Shown here: positions 9,108 to 18,697 of the stretch, piece by piece
Layout: each line of letters opens with the position of its first letter
Position numbering within the stretch: position 1 is the stretch's first letter
Assembly: GCA_965228895.1 (NCBI GenBank)
Contig: OZ245842.1
Coordinates: 608,001-672,000 of the forward strand
Reading direction: 5' to 3'
Source: Alphaproteobacteria bacterium
Lineage (GTDB): Bacteria; Pseudomonadota; Alphaproteobacteria; SP197
DNA: 64,000 nt
Position numbers and translations under genes: made by a program
The notes under the pieces: generated by a model
The model's input: the letters and a program-made list of their open reading frames with translations, nothing else
The model's database searches: none
What the model was told of the DNA's origin: nothing

Positions 9108-11173
9108 GCTACCAGATCGCTGTCGATATCGGCGGTACGTTTACCGATGGCGTACTACTGGACGATACCAACCACCGGATCTGGGTCGGCAAAACACTGA
9201 CCACCTATTACGACCCCGGCGACGGTATCGCCGACGTCATCGAACAGCTCATGGCTCAAAAACCCGATGATGACCGCGCGGTCTCACGAGTTGTTCACGG
9301 CACCACGCTGATCACCAACACGCTCTTGGAACGCAAGGGTTCGCGGGTCGCGCTGATCGTCAACCACGGCACCCGCGACACGCTCGATATCCGCCGCGAG
9401 CTCCGCTACGACATCTACGATCTCGCCATTACGTTTCCGCCACCGCTCGTCGCGCCGGACGACCGTTACGAAGTCTCGTGCCGCATCGGGCACGACGGTT
9501 CGTGCTGGCAGCCGGTCGACGAGGCGGAACTGACCGATGTTGTGGCGGATGTCGCGGCGTCTGGCGCCGAGGCCGTTGGGGTCTGTCTTTTGCATGCCGC
9601 TGTTTCCGGCGACAACGAACAAACGATCGCCAACGCCTTGAAAGCAGTGGCACCCGGGATTCCAACGACCTTGTCTTCGGAGCTTGCCGCTGAGATCGGC
9701 GAATACGAACGCATGTCGACGGTCGCGGCCAATGCCTATGTGCAGCCGATCGTCGCGCGTTATCTGGGCATGCTGGACCACCGCCTACATGATTTGGGTA
9801 TCGACGGGCGGCTCGACATTATGGTGTCCAATGGCGGTTTCACCGACGCCGAGCAGGCCGCGCGGTTCCCGATCCGCCTGCTTGAGTCCGGCCCCGCCGG
9901 CGGCGTGCTGAGTGCCATCAATTGTGGCGCCGTCAACGGCGTCGACCGCGTGCTTGCCTTCGATATGGGCGGCACGACGGCAAAGTCCTGCCTTGCCGTC
10001 GACGGCAAGCCGGAGATCACGCATCTCTTCGAGTTCGCGCGCGAACGCCGGTTCAAACGCGGCAGCGGCCTGCCCGCGAAGTCCCCGTCGATCGATCTGA
10101 TCGAGATCGGCGCCGGCGGTGGCTCGATCGCCAGGATCGATAGCCTGGGCCTGCTTCAGGTGGGTCCCGATAGCGCGGGGTCCGAGCCGGGGCCCGCCTG
10201 TTATGGCTTGGGCGGTGACGCAGCGACGGTGACCGATGCCGATCTGGTGTTGGGTTATCTCGACGCCGCACGTTTCCTCGGCGGTCGCATGACCCTGGAC
10301 GTAGATCGAGCACGCCGAGCGTTGAAGAAGACAGGCGAGGCGATCGGTCTCGATGTCATCGCGACGGCCTGGGGCATCCACGACATCGTCAACGAGAACA
10401 TGGCGGCGGCCGCGCGCACCCATATTGCCGAAAAGGGACACGATGCCCGTCGTTTCGCGATGATTGCCACTGGCGGCGCCGGCCCCGTGCATGCAGTCGA
10501 CGTGGCGCGACGGCTGCGCATCCGGCGCGTTGTCTGTCCGGTGGCTTCCGGCGTCGGTTCGTGCCTTGGCTTTCTCGCCGCCCCGGCGCGGAGCGACCGC
10601 TCGTGGTCAAGGGTCGAACAGCTTTCGCACGCCGATCTCGATGCCGCCGCGGTTCGCCTTGGCGAGGCCCGCGCTTCGGCAACGGCAGAGCTCGTCGCTG
10701 CCGGTGTCGAACCTTGCGCTGTGCAATGGCGGGCGACGGCAGAGCTTCGCTACGTCGGTCAAGGCAACACGGTCGAGGTGAACGTTGATAGCAAGCCGGA
10801 TCGCAAGGCGATCCTCGACGGTTTCGAAACGGCCTATGCCAGCGCTTTCGGGCGATTGGTGCCCGGCGGCGTGCCCGAGGTCGTGACCTGGCGGTTGGTC
10901 GGCACGTCGCCCATGCCGCCCCGGCCTTTCTCACTCGACGCCGCGAATGCCGGCGATATCGCGAAGGCGACGCGCCCGATCTACTTGCCGGATCACCAGG
11001 ATTACGCCGACGTGCCGGTCTACGACCGCTATAGGTTGCCAACCGGTACGCGGTTGGCGGGGCCGTTGGTGATGGTCGAGCCGGAATCGACCTTGATCGT
11101 CGCCTATCCGGCTGATGTCACGGTGCTGGACGACGGTAGTGTCGAGGTCGTGCTGGCGGAGATCAGCGCATGA
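9104..11173 (+). CDS. hyuA: Hydantoinase/oxoprolinase A (ATP-binding) subunit
   Basis: DIGGTFTD, HGTTL.TN, ESGPAGG, DMGGTTAK, IGAGGGSI, GPACY, GGAGPVHA. Confidence 0.93.
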   Translation: MSYQIAVDIGGTFTDGVLLDDTNHRIWVGKTLTTYYDPGDGIADVIEQLMAQKPDDDRAVSRVVHGTTLITNTLLERKGSRVALIVNHGTRDTLDIRRELRYDIYDLAITFPPPLVAPDDRYEVSCRIGHDGSCWQPVDEAELTDVVADVAASGAEAVGVCLLHAAVSGDNEQTIANALKAVAPGIPTTLSSELAAEIGEYERMSTVAANAYVQPIVARYLGMLDHRLHDLGIDGRLDIMVSNGGFTDAEQAARFPIRLLESGPAGGVLSAINCGAVNGVDRVLAFDMGGTTAKSCLAVDGKPEITHLFEFARERRFKRGSGLPAKSPSIDLIEIGAGGGSIARIDSLGLLQVGPDSAGSEPGPACYGLGGDAATVTDADLVLGYLDAARFLGGRMTLDVDRARRALKKTGEAIGLDVIATAWGIHDIVNENMAAAARTHIAEKGHDARRFAMIATGGAGPVHAVDVARRLRIRRVVCPVASGVGSCLGFLAAPARSDRSWSRVEQLSHADLDAAAVRLGEARASATAELVAAGVEPCAVQWRATAELRYVGQGNTVEVNVDSKPDRKAILDGFETAYASAFGRLVPGGVPEVVTWRLVGTSPMPPRPFSLDAANAGDIAKATRPIYLPDHQDYADVPVYDRYRLPTGTRLAGPLVMVEPESTLIVAYPADVTVLDDGSVEVVLAEISA

Positions 11174-12750
11174 CGGCCATCGACCCGGTCACGCTTGAGA
11201 TCGTCTGGACTCGGCTGATCAGCGTCGTCGACGAAGCGGCGGCGACCTTTGTGCGCGCCTCGTTCTCAACCTTGGTGCGCGAGGCGAACGACTTTGCGGT
11301 CGTGCTGACCGATCGCCACGGCCATAACATCGCCCAGTCGTCGCAAAGCATCCCGAGCTTCATCGCGACGGTTCCGATGACCATCCGTGCGTTCATCGCG
11401 CGCCATGGCGTCGACACGATGGAGGACGGCGATGCCTACATCACCAACGATCCCTGGCTTGGCAGCGGCCACCTGAACGATGCCACCGTTGCCATACCGA
11501 TCATGCGCGACGGCGAGGTTATCGCCTTTGCCGGTGTCGTCAGCCATTTGCCGGATGTTGGTGGACGGCTGCGTAATGCGGCCAACCGCGAACTCTACGA
11601 GGAAGGACTGCAAATCCCGCCGTGGCCGCTGCTGAAGGCAGGCAAGCCGGATGAGACGTTGACGGCGCTGATCCGTCAGAACGTTCGCGTGCCCGACGAA
11701 ACCATGGGCGACATCTGGGCGATGGTCGCGTGCTGCCGCACGCTGGGCGAACGTCTCAACGGACTGCTGAACGAGACCGGCATCGATCTCGACCGTTTCT
11801 CCGGCGAGATCATCAGCCGCACGGAAACCGCCATGCGCGAGGCGATCCGTCAACTGACGCCGGGTACCTATCGTTCCGTGATCGAGAACGACGGACCCGC
11901 CGAGATGCCGGGGGGCGTCATCCGTATTGCCTGTGCGGTGACGGTCGATGGTGACGAAATCACGGTCGACTATGCGGGTTCGAGCGAACAGGTCTCCCTC
12001 GCCATCAACACGGTGTTGAATTACACGTTTGCTTACAGCGCCTATGGTCTGAAGGCCTTGCTGGCGCCGTGGATCCCGAACAGTCACGGCAGTTTTGTGC
12101 CGATCCGCGTCACCGCGCCGGAAGGGTCGATCCTCAACCCACAGCGCCCGGCGCCGTGCGGCGCGCGCGGCATGATCGGTCATCTGCTGCCGCCGGCGAT
12201 CTTTGGCGCACTCGCGGACGCTTTGCCCGAACGCACGCAGGCTGTGCCGGGGTCGCCATCCAACAATGTGCAGCTGGCGTCGTCGCGCGGCGGTGTTCGC
12301 TACGCGGTCAACTGTTTCCTGGGCGCGGGCCAGGGCGCTTCCGCCGCGCAGGACGGTGCGTCGGCGATCAGCTTCCCGAGCAATCTTTCGAACACGCCGA
12401 TTGAGGTGATCGAGAACCAGGCGCCGCTCCATGTCATCGAGCGCTCGATCTGCCGCGGCTCCGGCGGTCGGGGTCAACGCCAAGGTGGCGATGGATTGCG
12501 CTTCGCGTTCGAGATGCTGGGCGAGACGCCGGCCATCGGTTCGTTCATGGTCAACCGGATCAGCAGTCCGGCACCCGGGTTGGCGGGCGGGGAACCAGGC
12601 AGGCCGGCACGGTTTGAGGTCAACGGGCGGCCGGTTGCCTCGGCCGGACAGCACGTCATCAACAAAGGCGATCGTGTTGTCATTGAAACAGGTGGTGGCG
12701 GCGGCTATGGCGTGCCCGACGGACACAAAAGCAAGGTGAAGACACAATGA
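11170..12750 (+). CDS. hyuB: Hydantoinase B/oxoprolinase subunit
   Basis: DPVTLEI, NDPWLGSGHLND, HLPDVGG, EEGLQIPP, NTPIE..E, GGGGYG. Confidence 0.93.
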   Translation: MTAIDPVTLEIVWTRLISVVDEAAATFVRASFSTLVREANDFAVVLTDRHGHNIAQSSQSIPSFIATVPMTIRAFIARHGVDTMEDGDAYITNDPWLGSGHLNDATVAIPIMRDGEVIAFAGVVSHLPDVGGRLRNAANRELYEEGLQIPPWPLLKAGKPDETLTALIRQNVRVPDETMGDIWAMVACCRTLGERLNGLLNETGIDLDRFSGEIISRTETAMREAIRQLTPGTYRSVIENDGPAEMPGGVIRIACAVTVDGDEITVDYAGSSEQVSLAINTVLNYTFAYSAYGLKALLAPWIPNSHGSFVPIRVTAPEGSILNPQRPAPCGARGMIGHLLPPAIFGALADALPERTQAVPGSPSNNVQLASSRGGVRYAVNCFLGAGQGASAAQDGASAISFPSNLSNTPIEVIENQAPLHVIERSICRGSGGRGQRQGGDGLRFAFEMLGETPAIGSFMVNRISSPAPGLAGGEPGRPARFEVNGRPVASAGQHVINKGDRVVIETGGGGGYGVPDGHKSKVKTQ

Positions 12751-13538
12751 GACACGAAGGAAAGGTGGCGGTTGTCACGGGCGCCGCGCAGGGGATCGGA
12801 TTGGCATGCTCGGCGCGGCTGCATGCCGAAGGTGCGCGTGTTGTCTTGAGCGATATTCAGGAGGAGAAGGTCAGGGAAGCTGCATCCGGCCTGGATAAGA
12901 GTGGAGACACAGCGCGCGCGATGGTGACCGATGCGGCGAAACAAGACGACATAGCGTCACTTGTCGGTTTCGCTACGGAAACTTACGGTCGCCTCGACAT
13001 CATGGTGAACAATGCCGGGATCAGTGTCGGCAAATCGGTGCTGGAAGTCAGCGAGGAGGAGTTCGACCGTGTGCTCGGCGTCAATCTGAAGGGCACCTTC
13101 TTCGGCACCCAGGCGGCCGCGCGTGTCATGGTCGGCCAGGAGGGCGGCGGCGCCATCGTCAACATGTCGTCGATGCAGGCGATCCTGGCGATTCCCGACC
13201 GCGTGCCCTACGGCATCTCCAAGGCGGGCATCAACCAGCTCACGCGCATCTTTGCGGTCGCGCTCGCCGATCAGAACGTGCGCGTCAACGCGGTCGGGCC
13301 GGGGACCATTCTGACCGATATGACGCGCAAGGGGGTTCTCTCCAACGAAGACTCCCGCCAGCGTATCCTGTCACGAACACCCATGGGCCGTTGCGGCGAA
13401 GCCGACGAGGTGGCCGGTGTCGTCTCGTTTCTGGCCAGTGACGATGCCTCCTATGTCACCGGCCAAGTGATCTATCCCGATGGCGGCCGCATGCCGCTCA
13501 ACTATACGGTCCCGGTCGACGCACTGCCGGGCACCTGA
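12747..13538 (+). CDS. Short-chain dehydrogenase/reductase (SDR)
   Basis: TGAAQGIG, NNAG, YGISK. Confidence 0.93.
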   Translation: MRHEGKVAVVTGAAQGIGLACSARLHAEGARVVLSDIQEEKVREAASGLDKSGDTARAMVTDAAKQDDIASLVGFATETYGRLDIMVNNAGISVGKSVLEVSEEEFDRVLGVNLKGTFFGTQAAARVMVGQEGGGAIVNMSSMQAILAIPDRVPYGISKAGINQLTRIFAVALADQNVRVNAVGPGTILTDMTRKGVLSNEDSRQRILSRTPMGRCGEADEVAGVVSFLASDDASYVTGQVIYPDGGRMPLNYTVPVDALPGT

Positions 13539-13558
13539 ACGGATCGCGGAAACTCGTC

Positions 13559-14389
13559 ATGACAACACCCTGTATCATTACTGTTGCGATCACCGGTTCG
13601 GTGCCGCGCAAGAAGGACACGCCGGCGGTGCCGGTCACTGTCGCCGAGCAGATCGAGTCGACGCACGCGGCCTATGCAGCCGGCGCCAGCCTGGTGCACA
13701 TCCACGTTCGCGACGATGACGAACGTCCGTCATCGGACCCCGATCGTTTTGGCGCCGTCCAGGACGGCATCCAAAAACACTGCCCGGGCATGATCGTCCA
13801 GTTCTCGACCGGCGCCAGGGGCCGGGCACTCGATCAGCGTGGCGGGATGCTGCATCACCGGCCCGACATGGCGTCGCTGGCGACCGGTTCGGTCAACTTC
13901 CCGACCTTCGTGAACGAGAACCCGCCGGACTTTATCGAAGGCCTGGCCCAACAGATGAAGGATTTCGGTATCAAGCCGGAATGCGAGGTGTTCGACCTCG
14001 CCATGCTCTATAACGCCGCCGATCTGGTGGCCCAGGGCCTGCTGGGCGACCCGCCTCACGTTCAGTTCGTGTTTGGTGTGAAGAACGCCTTGCCAGCGCG
14101 CCGGGAGATCCTCGAGTTTGAAGTCGCGCAACTAAAGGAGATATTGCCGAACGCGACGTGGACAGCGGCGGGCCTCGGCCGCCACCAGCTTGATGTCAAT
14201 CACTGGGCGCTCGAGCTTGGCGGGCACTGCCGCACGGGGTTGGAAGACAACATCCGTTTCGACAAGTCACGTCTGGCGACAAGCAATGCCGAGTTGGTCA
14301 GTCGTGTGGCCGGCCTCTGCGCGACCTATGACCGCCATCCGGCATCGCCGGAAGAGGCGCGATCCATCCTGTCGCTAACACCCGCTTGA
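13559..14389 (+). CDS. Beta-keto acid cleavage enzyme (BKACE/DUF849, 3-keto-5-aminohexanoate cleavage family)
   Basis: IITVAITG, VHIHVR (Zn), STG, GGHCRTGLEDN. Confidence 0.92.
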   Translation: MTTPCIITVAITGSVPRKKDTPAVPVTVAEQIESTHAAYAAGASLVHIHVRDDDERPSSDPDRFGAVQDGIQKHCPGMIVQFSTGARGRALDQRGGMLHHRPDMASLATGSVNFPTFVNENPPDFIEGLAQQMKDFGIKPECEVFDLAMLYNAADLVAQGLLGDPPHVQFVFGVKNALPARREILEFEVAQLKEILPNATWTAAGLGRHQLDVNHWALELGGHCRTGLEDNIRFDKSRLATSNAELVSRVAGLCATYDRHPASPEEARSILSLTPA

Positions 14390-14427
14390 CGGCATCGCGA
14401 CGAAATCCTACCCAAACAGGATTTGGA

Positions 14428-15861
14428 CTAGAGCTCCAGGCTGAGCGGCGCGATATCGAGCGCACGGCGCTTGGCGTGATCGTTGTTCGGGACATCGGCT
14501 TCCATGCGTACTTGCGCCTCGGCGAGCGCGTCATGCGCGGCATCAATATCGAAGCCCGTAGCGCGCCCGGCGGCAACAACCTGGCGGCCATCGACAAAAA
14601 CCTCGGTGACCGCCCGTTCACAGGACGAGAAGATCAGGCTCCTTAGCGGATCGCGCAGCGGGCGCATCGCCGGGTGGTTGGAGTCGACGAGGACGATGTC
14701 GGCGCGGCAGCCAGGTGCCAGGCGGCCCAGGTCATCGCGTCCAAGCGCCGTTGCGCCGCCGACCGTGGCGGCATGAAAGATGTCGGCGACCTGCAGGGTC
14801 TCGATATTCTCGGCCGCAATCCGCGCCAACACGATCGCCCAGCGCATCTCTTCAAGGAAGTTGTGCGGCAGGGTATCGGTGCCGATCCCCATGGTCACGC
14901 CGGCCCGGACGTAGCGGCCGAAATCCTCCAGCGTCTGGCCATAGCGGGCAAATGGCGTCGGACAATGGGCAACCGCCGCGCCGGATGAGGCGATCAGGTC
15001 GAGATCGCGCCGGGTCGACCAGTGCAGCCAGGAGTGCTCGTCGATAAAGATGGCGTGGGCCAGGATGGTGCGCGGTCCCAACAGACCGATCTCGTCGGCC
15101 CATTGCACCGGCGTTATGCCGTGACGCTGCACCATCTCGTTGAACTCGACGACGCTCTGCGAGATGTGGGTCGTCAGCCGGCGGTCTTCAGCCTCGGCCG
15201 CGCGCACGGTTTCCTTAAGCAGGTCTTCCGTGCAGGCGTCGATTACGCCTGGACTATAAAGGCCGGTAAGCCGACCACAGCTATGCCGGTCGGCCTCGTC
15301 CATGACAGCGCGCGCCGCGTCGAACGACGCACGCCCGCCATCGTCGGCCCAGTCGTATTCAAGCCGGTGGCCCGTCGTCATCTTCCATCGCGCCGAGCCA
15401 TACCACGGGGCGACCCAGGCCCTGAGGCCACTTGCCGCCAACGTGTCGAGCCATCCCGGCCACGCGCCGGAGATATCGACCAGGCTGGTGACGCCGCTTT
15501 GCAGGAGTTCCGCAAAGGCCACGGTGGCGCCGGCTTTCTGGCCCTCGGGGTCGAGATTAAAGGCGAGCGAGCGTTCGTAGAGACCGCTCATGTACATCGC
15601 CGGCACGCCATGCTCCTCACGGATGCCCTTATAGGATGGTTCGGTCGACGGATGACTATGCAGGTCGATGAAGCCGGGCAGAACGACACGGGAGCTGCCG
15701 TCGATATCGTTGTCGGACGCGCCGTCGAAGTGACCGCCGACGTGGAGGATGGCGCCCCCATCATCGAACGCGATGTCACCGCCCCTGAGATAACGATGCC
15801 GTTTCTTGTCCCCATCCCACGCGATGATCCAGTCGGCGTCGCGTATAACCGTGACTGCCAT
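14428..15861 (-). CDS. Metal-dependent amidohydrolase (AtzA/MTA-SAH deaminase-like)
   Basis: PGFIDLHSH, THISQ, ILAH, GIGTD, G.LAPG.RADIV; start placed at MAVTVIRD. Confidence 0.9.
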   Translation of the reverse strand: MAVTVIRDADWIIAWDGDKKRHRYLRGGDIAFDDGGAILHVGGHFDGASDNDIDGSSRVVLPGFIDLHSHPSTEPSYKGIREEHGVPAMYMSGLYERSLAFNLDPEGQKAGATVAFAELLQSGVTSLVDISGAWPGWLDTLAASGLRAWVAPWYGSARWKMTTGHRLEYDWADDGGRASFDAARAVMDEADRHSCGRLTGLYSPGVIDACTEDLLKETVRAAEAEDRRLTTHISQSVVEFNEMVQRHGITPVQWADEIGLLGPRTILAHAIFIDEHSWLHWSTRRDLDLIASSGAAVAHCPTPFARYGQTLEDFGRYVRAGVTMGIGTDTLPHNFLEEMRWAIVLARIAAENIETLQVADIFHAATVGGATALGRDDLGRLAPGCRADIVLVDSNHPAMRPLRDPLRSLIFSSCERAVTEVFVDGRQVVAAGRATGFDIDAAHDALAEAQVRMEADVPNNDHAKRRALDIAPLSLEL

Positions 15862-16048
15862 ATCCCAACTCCACTGTTCGGCTTCGGTGAACGCTACGAT
15901 GGCACCCGGTAGACGAGAATTACCAGTGGAAACGCAGGCCGTCGTGCTGGGTGTGCGAGTCATCGGCGGTGATGCTGCCACCGAAATCAACGCTGTCCGG
16001 GCTCGCTTCGACGTCCGCAACCGAAAAGGTCAAGCCGGCAACGGCGTG

Positions 16049-16444
16049 TCAGGTGACCGCCGGTTTGATGTCGAGCAGAGCGGTGCCATCGGTGCAATCG
16101 AGACCGCCGACCGTCAGCGACCCGTCATCGATAGCAAACAGTCTGACCCGGCTCAGCCCGATCGGGTTGGGCCGGTGGGGCGAGCGTTTGCAGAAGACGC
16201 CGATGGGGTTTCCGGTGCGCCGCGACGTCTGGACGAGCTTGGCTTCGGAACGGTCGCCGCGGTCGAGCCAATAAAGGATGTCATAGAGGCGGCCGACCTC
16301 CATGCCGAGCAGTGCGGGCCGGTAACGTTCATGGATCTCAAGCCGACTCGGTGGGTTTTCGTCTCCGATATTGCTTGGGCAGTCATCGGTTTTGGCGTAT
16401 CCGGTAAAGATCCTGCCGATCGGCATCAGTGTCATGTCGTCCAC
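16049..16444 (-). CDS. TsaA/TrmO-like (UPF0066) SAM-binding beta-barrel protein, single domain
   Basis: PIG, LYWLDR, GVFCKRSPHRPNPIGLS, LDCTDGTALLDIKP. Confidence 0.85.
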   Translation of the reverse strand: MDDMTLMPIGRIFTGYAKTDDCPSNIGDENPPSRLEIHERYRPALLGMEVGRLYDILYWLDRGDRSEAKLVQTSRRTGNPIGVFCKRSPHRPNPIGLSRVRLFAIDDGSLTVGGLDCTDGTALLDIKPAVT

Positions 16445-16678
16445 GTCTCGTCATCTCCCGCCTTGCTCGCTGCACATAGTCTCTAACTTTGTTGGAGTAA
16501 GTTAAAACATACTTTTCCTAAGCACCTTTTTGCGATCTCATGCGTGTGAAGGCAGTGGCTCCGTGCGGGTGGCTGCGGCACGCGGGTGGAGGACCCCCGT
16601 GATGATGTTTCTTGTGTCGTTCTCTCGCAATCGACCGAAGGCCGCTGACGCACCCGTTCCGACAGGGGACGGTTGACC

Positions 16679-18697
16679 ATGAGTGGTGCCTGGCAGGTCG
16701 GTGTCGATATCGGTGGTACGTTCACCGACGTTGTTGCCGTCCACCCGCGTGACGGCACGGTGCTGAGCGCGAAGACGCCGAGCCGGCCGGACGATCCGGT
16801 ATCAAGCGTTGAAGCGGGCCTTGCGGCGGTCGGCCTGGCTTGGACCGATGTCGCCGATCTGATGCACGGCACGACCATGGCGACCAATGCCATCGTGCAG
16901 GACCGATTAGCGCCCGTTGTTTTGCTGACGACAGAGGGGTTCGGTGACACGCTGGCTATCGGCCGGCAGAACCGGCGCGAACTCTACCGTCTTGATGTCC
17001 TGCCCAAGCTGCCGCCATTGGTGCCTTCCGAGAGGCGGCTGGAAGTAAGGGAGAGATTGGACTGGGACGGGGCGGTCCTGACCGGCTTGAGCGAGGCGGA
17101 AGCCTCGCGCGCGAGTGACGCGGCGGTGGCATGTGGCGCTGATGCGGCAGCCGTGGCGTTGTTGCACAGCTATGCCAACCCTGCCCACGAAAAGGCGCTG
17201 GGTGCTAAACTGGCCGACAAGGTTCCGCACGTCACGTTGTCCCACGAACTCAATCCCGAGCCGCGCGAATACGAGCGGACCAACGCGACGGTTTTGAACG
17301 CGGCGCTGATGCCATTGATCGGTAACTATCTCGACCGTCTGGAGGCAAACGCCGGTGCAACGACCCGATTGCATCTGTTTCACTCCGCCGGCGGCATGGC
17401 GGCCGTCGATGCCATGCGTGGCAGACCGTTGTCCCTGGCGCTTTCGGGGCCTGCAGCGGGGGTCACGGCCGCCGGTATCGTCGCACGGGAGCTGGGCCTG
17501 GACCGCGCCATCGCGTTCGACATGGGTGGCACGACGACGGATGCTGCCGTTGTCATCGATGGTGAGGTTCAGATCAACAGCGATCAACGGATTGCCGGTC
17601 GTCCGATCCGGCAATTGATGGTCGCCGTCGAGTCGATCGGTGCCGGCGGCGGTTCGATTGCGCGGGTCGATGGTGCGGCGATTCGGGTTGGCCCCGACAG
17701 TGCCGGGGCCAACCCGGGCCCTGCCTGCTATGGCGCGGGCGGCAAAGAACCAACGGTTACCGACGCTAACCTTGTGCTCGGCTACATCAACACCGACCGC
17801 CAATTGGGTGGTGCCGTGACGCTGAACGGCGATCTGGCGCGCACGGCGGTCGGCACGGTAGCGGATGCATTTGGCGTCGGCATCGAAGAGGCCGCACTGG
17901 GTATCCACCGGGTCGCCAATGCCAGCATGGTGCGTGCCCTGCGCCGCGTGACCGTTGAGCGGGGTATTGACGCACGGCAGTGTACGCTGCTCGCCTTTGG
18001 CGGAGCGGGTCCCATGCACGCGGTCGACCTGGCGCGCGCATGCGGCATCGATCACGTGGTCGTGCCGCGTCTGTCCAGCGGATTCTCCGCGCTCGGCTGC
18101 GTGACCGCGCGCCTGACCTACGCGGAGCAGCGGACCGTGCGCGTGGCGCGCGATGCCTGGAATGCCGCGGATCTGGCGTCTCTGTGCGATGACATGGTGT
18201 CCAGATTGTCAGCGCCGTTGACCGCGAGCGGTATTACTAGCGATGGAATCGACGTCTCCTGCGTCGCCTTGATGCACTATGCCGGCCAGAGCGATGCTAT
18301 CGAGGTTCCGTTCGAGCGGCCGGCCGATCCCGCGATCTTGGGTGCGGACTTTATTGACCGGCACCAGCGACTCTACGGGTTCGCCACCGAAGAACCATGG
18401 ATCCTGGATACCCTGCGCATCACGGTGACGGCGCCGCCGCCTCTGGCGCTGTCGTCGCTATCGGCGACCGGTGACGCGGCGGGCAAGGTATCGACTGGCG
18501 CGACTAGCTGTTGGTTCGACGCGGCAGGCGCGTCTGAGACCGAGCGTGTGGCGCGCGAGAGCTTAGAGCCGGACAACCGCCATGCCGGCCCGCTCGTCAT
18601 CGAAGACGATTGGTCGACCGTGGTTGTGCCGCCAGGTTCGACGGTTTGGGCCGACGCACGTGGTCACCTGCACATCGATGTCGGGGGCAGGCCATGA
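16679..18697 (+). CDS. hyuA: Hydantoinase/oxoprolinase A subunit (second copy)
   Basis: DIGGTFTD, HGTTMATN, HSYANPAHE, SGPAAG, DMGGTTTD, GAGGGSI, FGGAGPMHA. Confidence 0.93.
   Translation: MSGAWQVGVDIGGTFTDVVAVHPRDGTVLSAKTPSRPDDPVSSVEAGLAAVGLAWTDVADLMHGTTMATNAIVQDRLAPVVLLTTEGFGDTLAIGRQNRRELYRLDVLPKLPPLVPSERRLEVRERLDWDGAVLTGLSEAEASRASDAAVACGADAAAVALLHSYANPAHEKALGAKLADKVPHVTLSHELNPEPREYERTNATVLNAALMPLIGNYLDRLEANAGATTRLHLFHSAGGMAAVDAMRGRPLSLALSGPAAGVTAAGIVARELGLDRAIAFDMGGTTTDAAVVIDGEVQINSDQRIAGRPIRQLMVAVESIGAGGGSIARVDGAAIRVGPDSAGANPGPACYGAGGKEPTVTDANLVLGYINTDRQLGGAVTLNGDLARTAVGTVADAFGVGIEEAALGIHRVANASMVRALRRVTVERGIDARQCTLLAFGGAGPMHAVDLARACGIDHVVVPRLSSGFSALGCVTARLTYAEQRTVRVARDAWNAADLASLCDDMVSRLSAPLTASGITSDGIDVSCVALMHYAGQSDAIEVPFERPADPAILGADFIDRHQRLYGFATEEPWILDTLRITVTAPPPLALSSLSATGDAAGKVSTGATSCWFDAAGASETERVARESLEPDNRHAGPLVIEDDWSTVVVPPGSTVWADARGHLHIDVGGRP

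Noticed and set aside
11266-12747. Long antisense ORFs (e.g. 2388-3635, 11266-12747, 16907-18055, 35596-36984)
   Set aside because: Shadow frames of real GC-rich genes, with no recognisable motifs.
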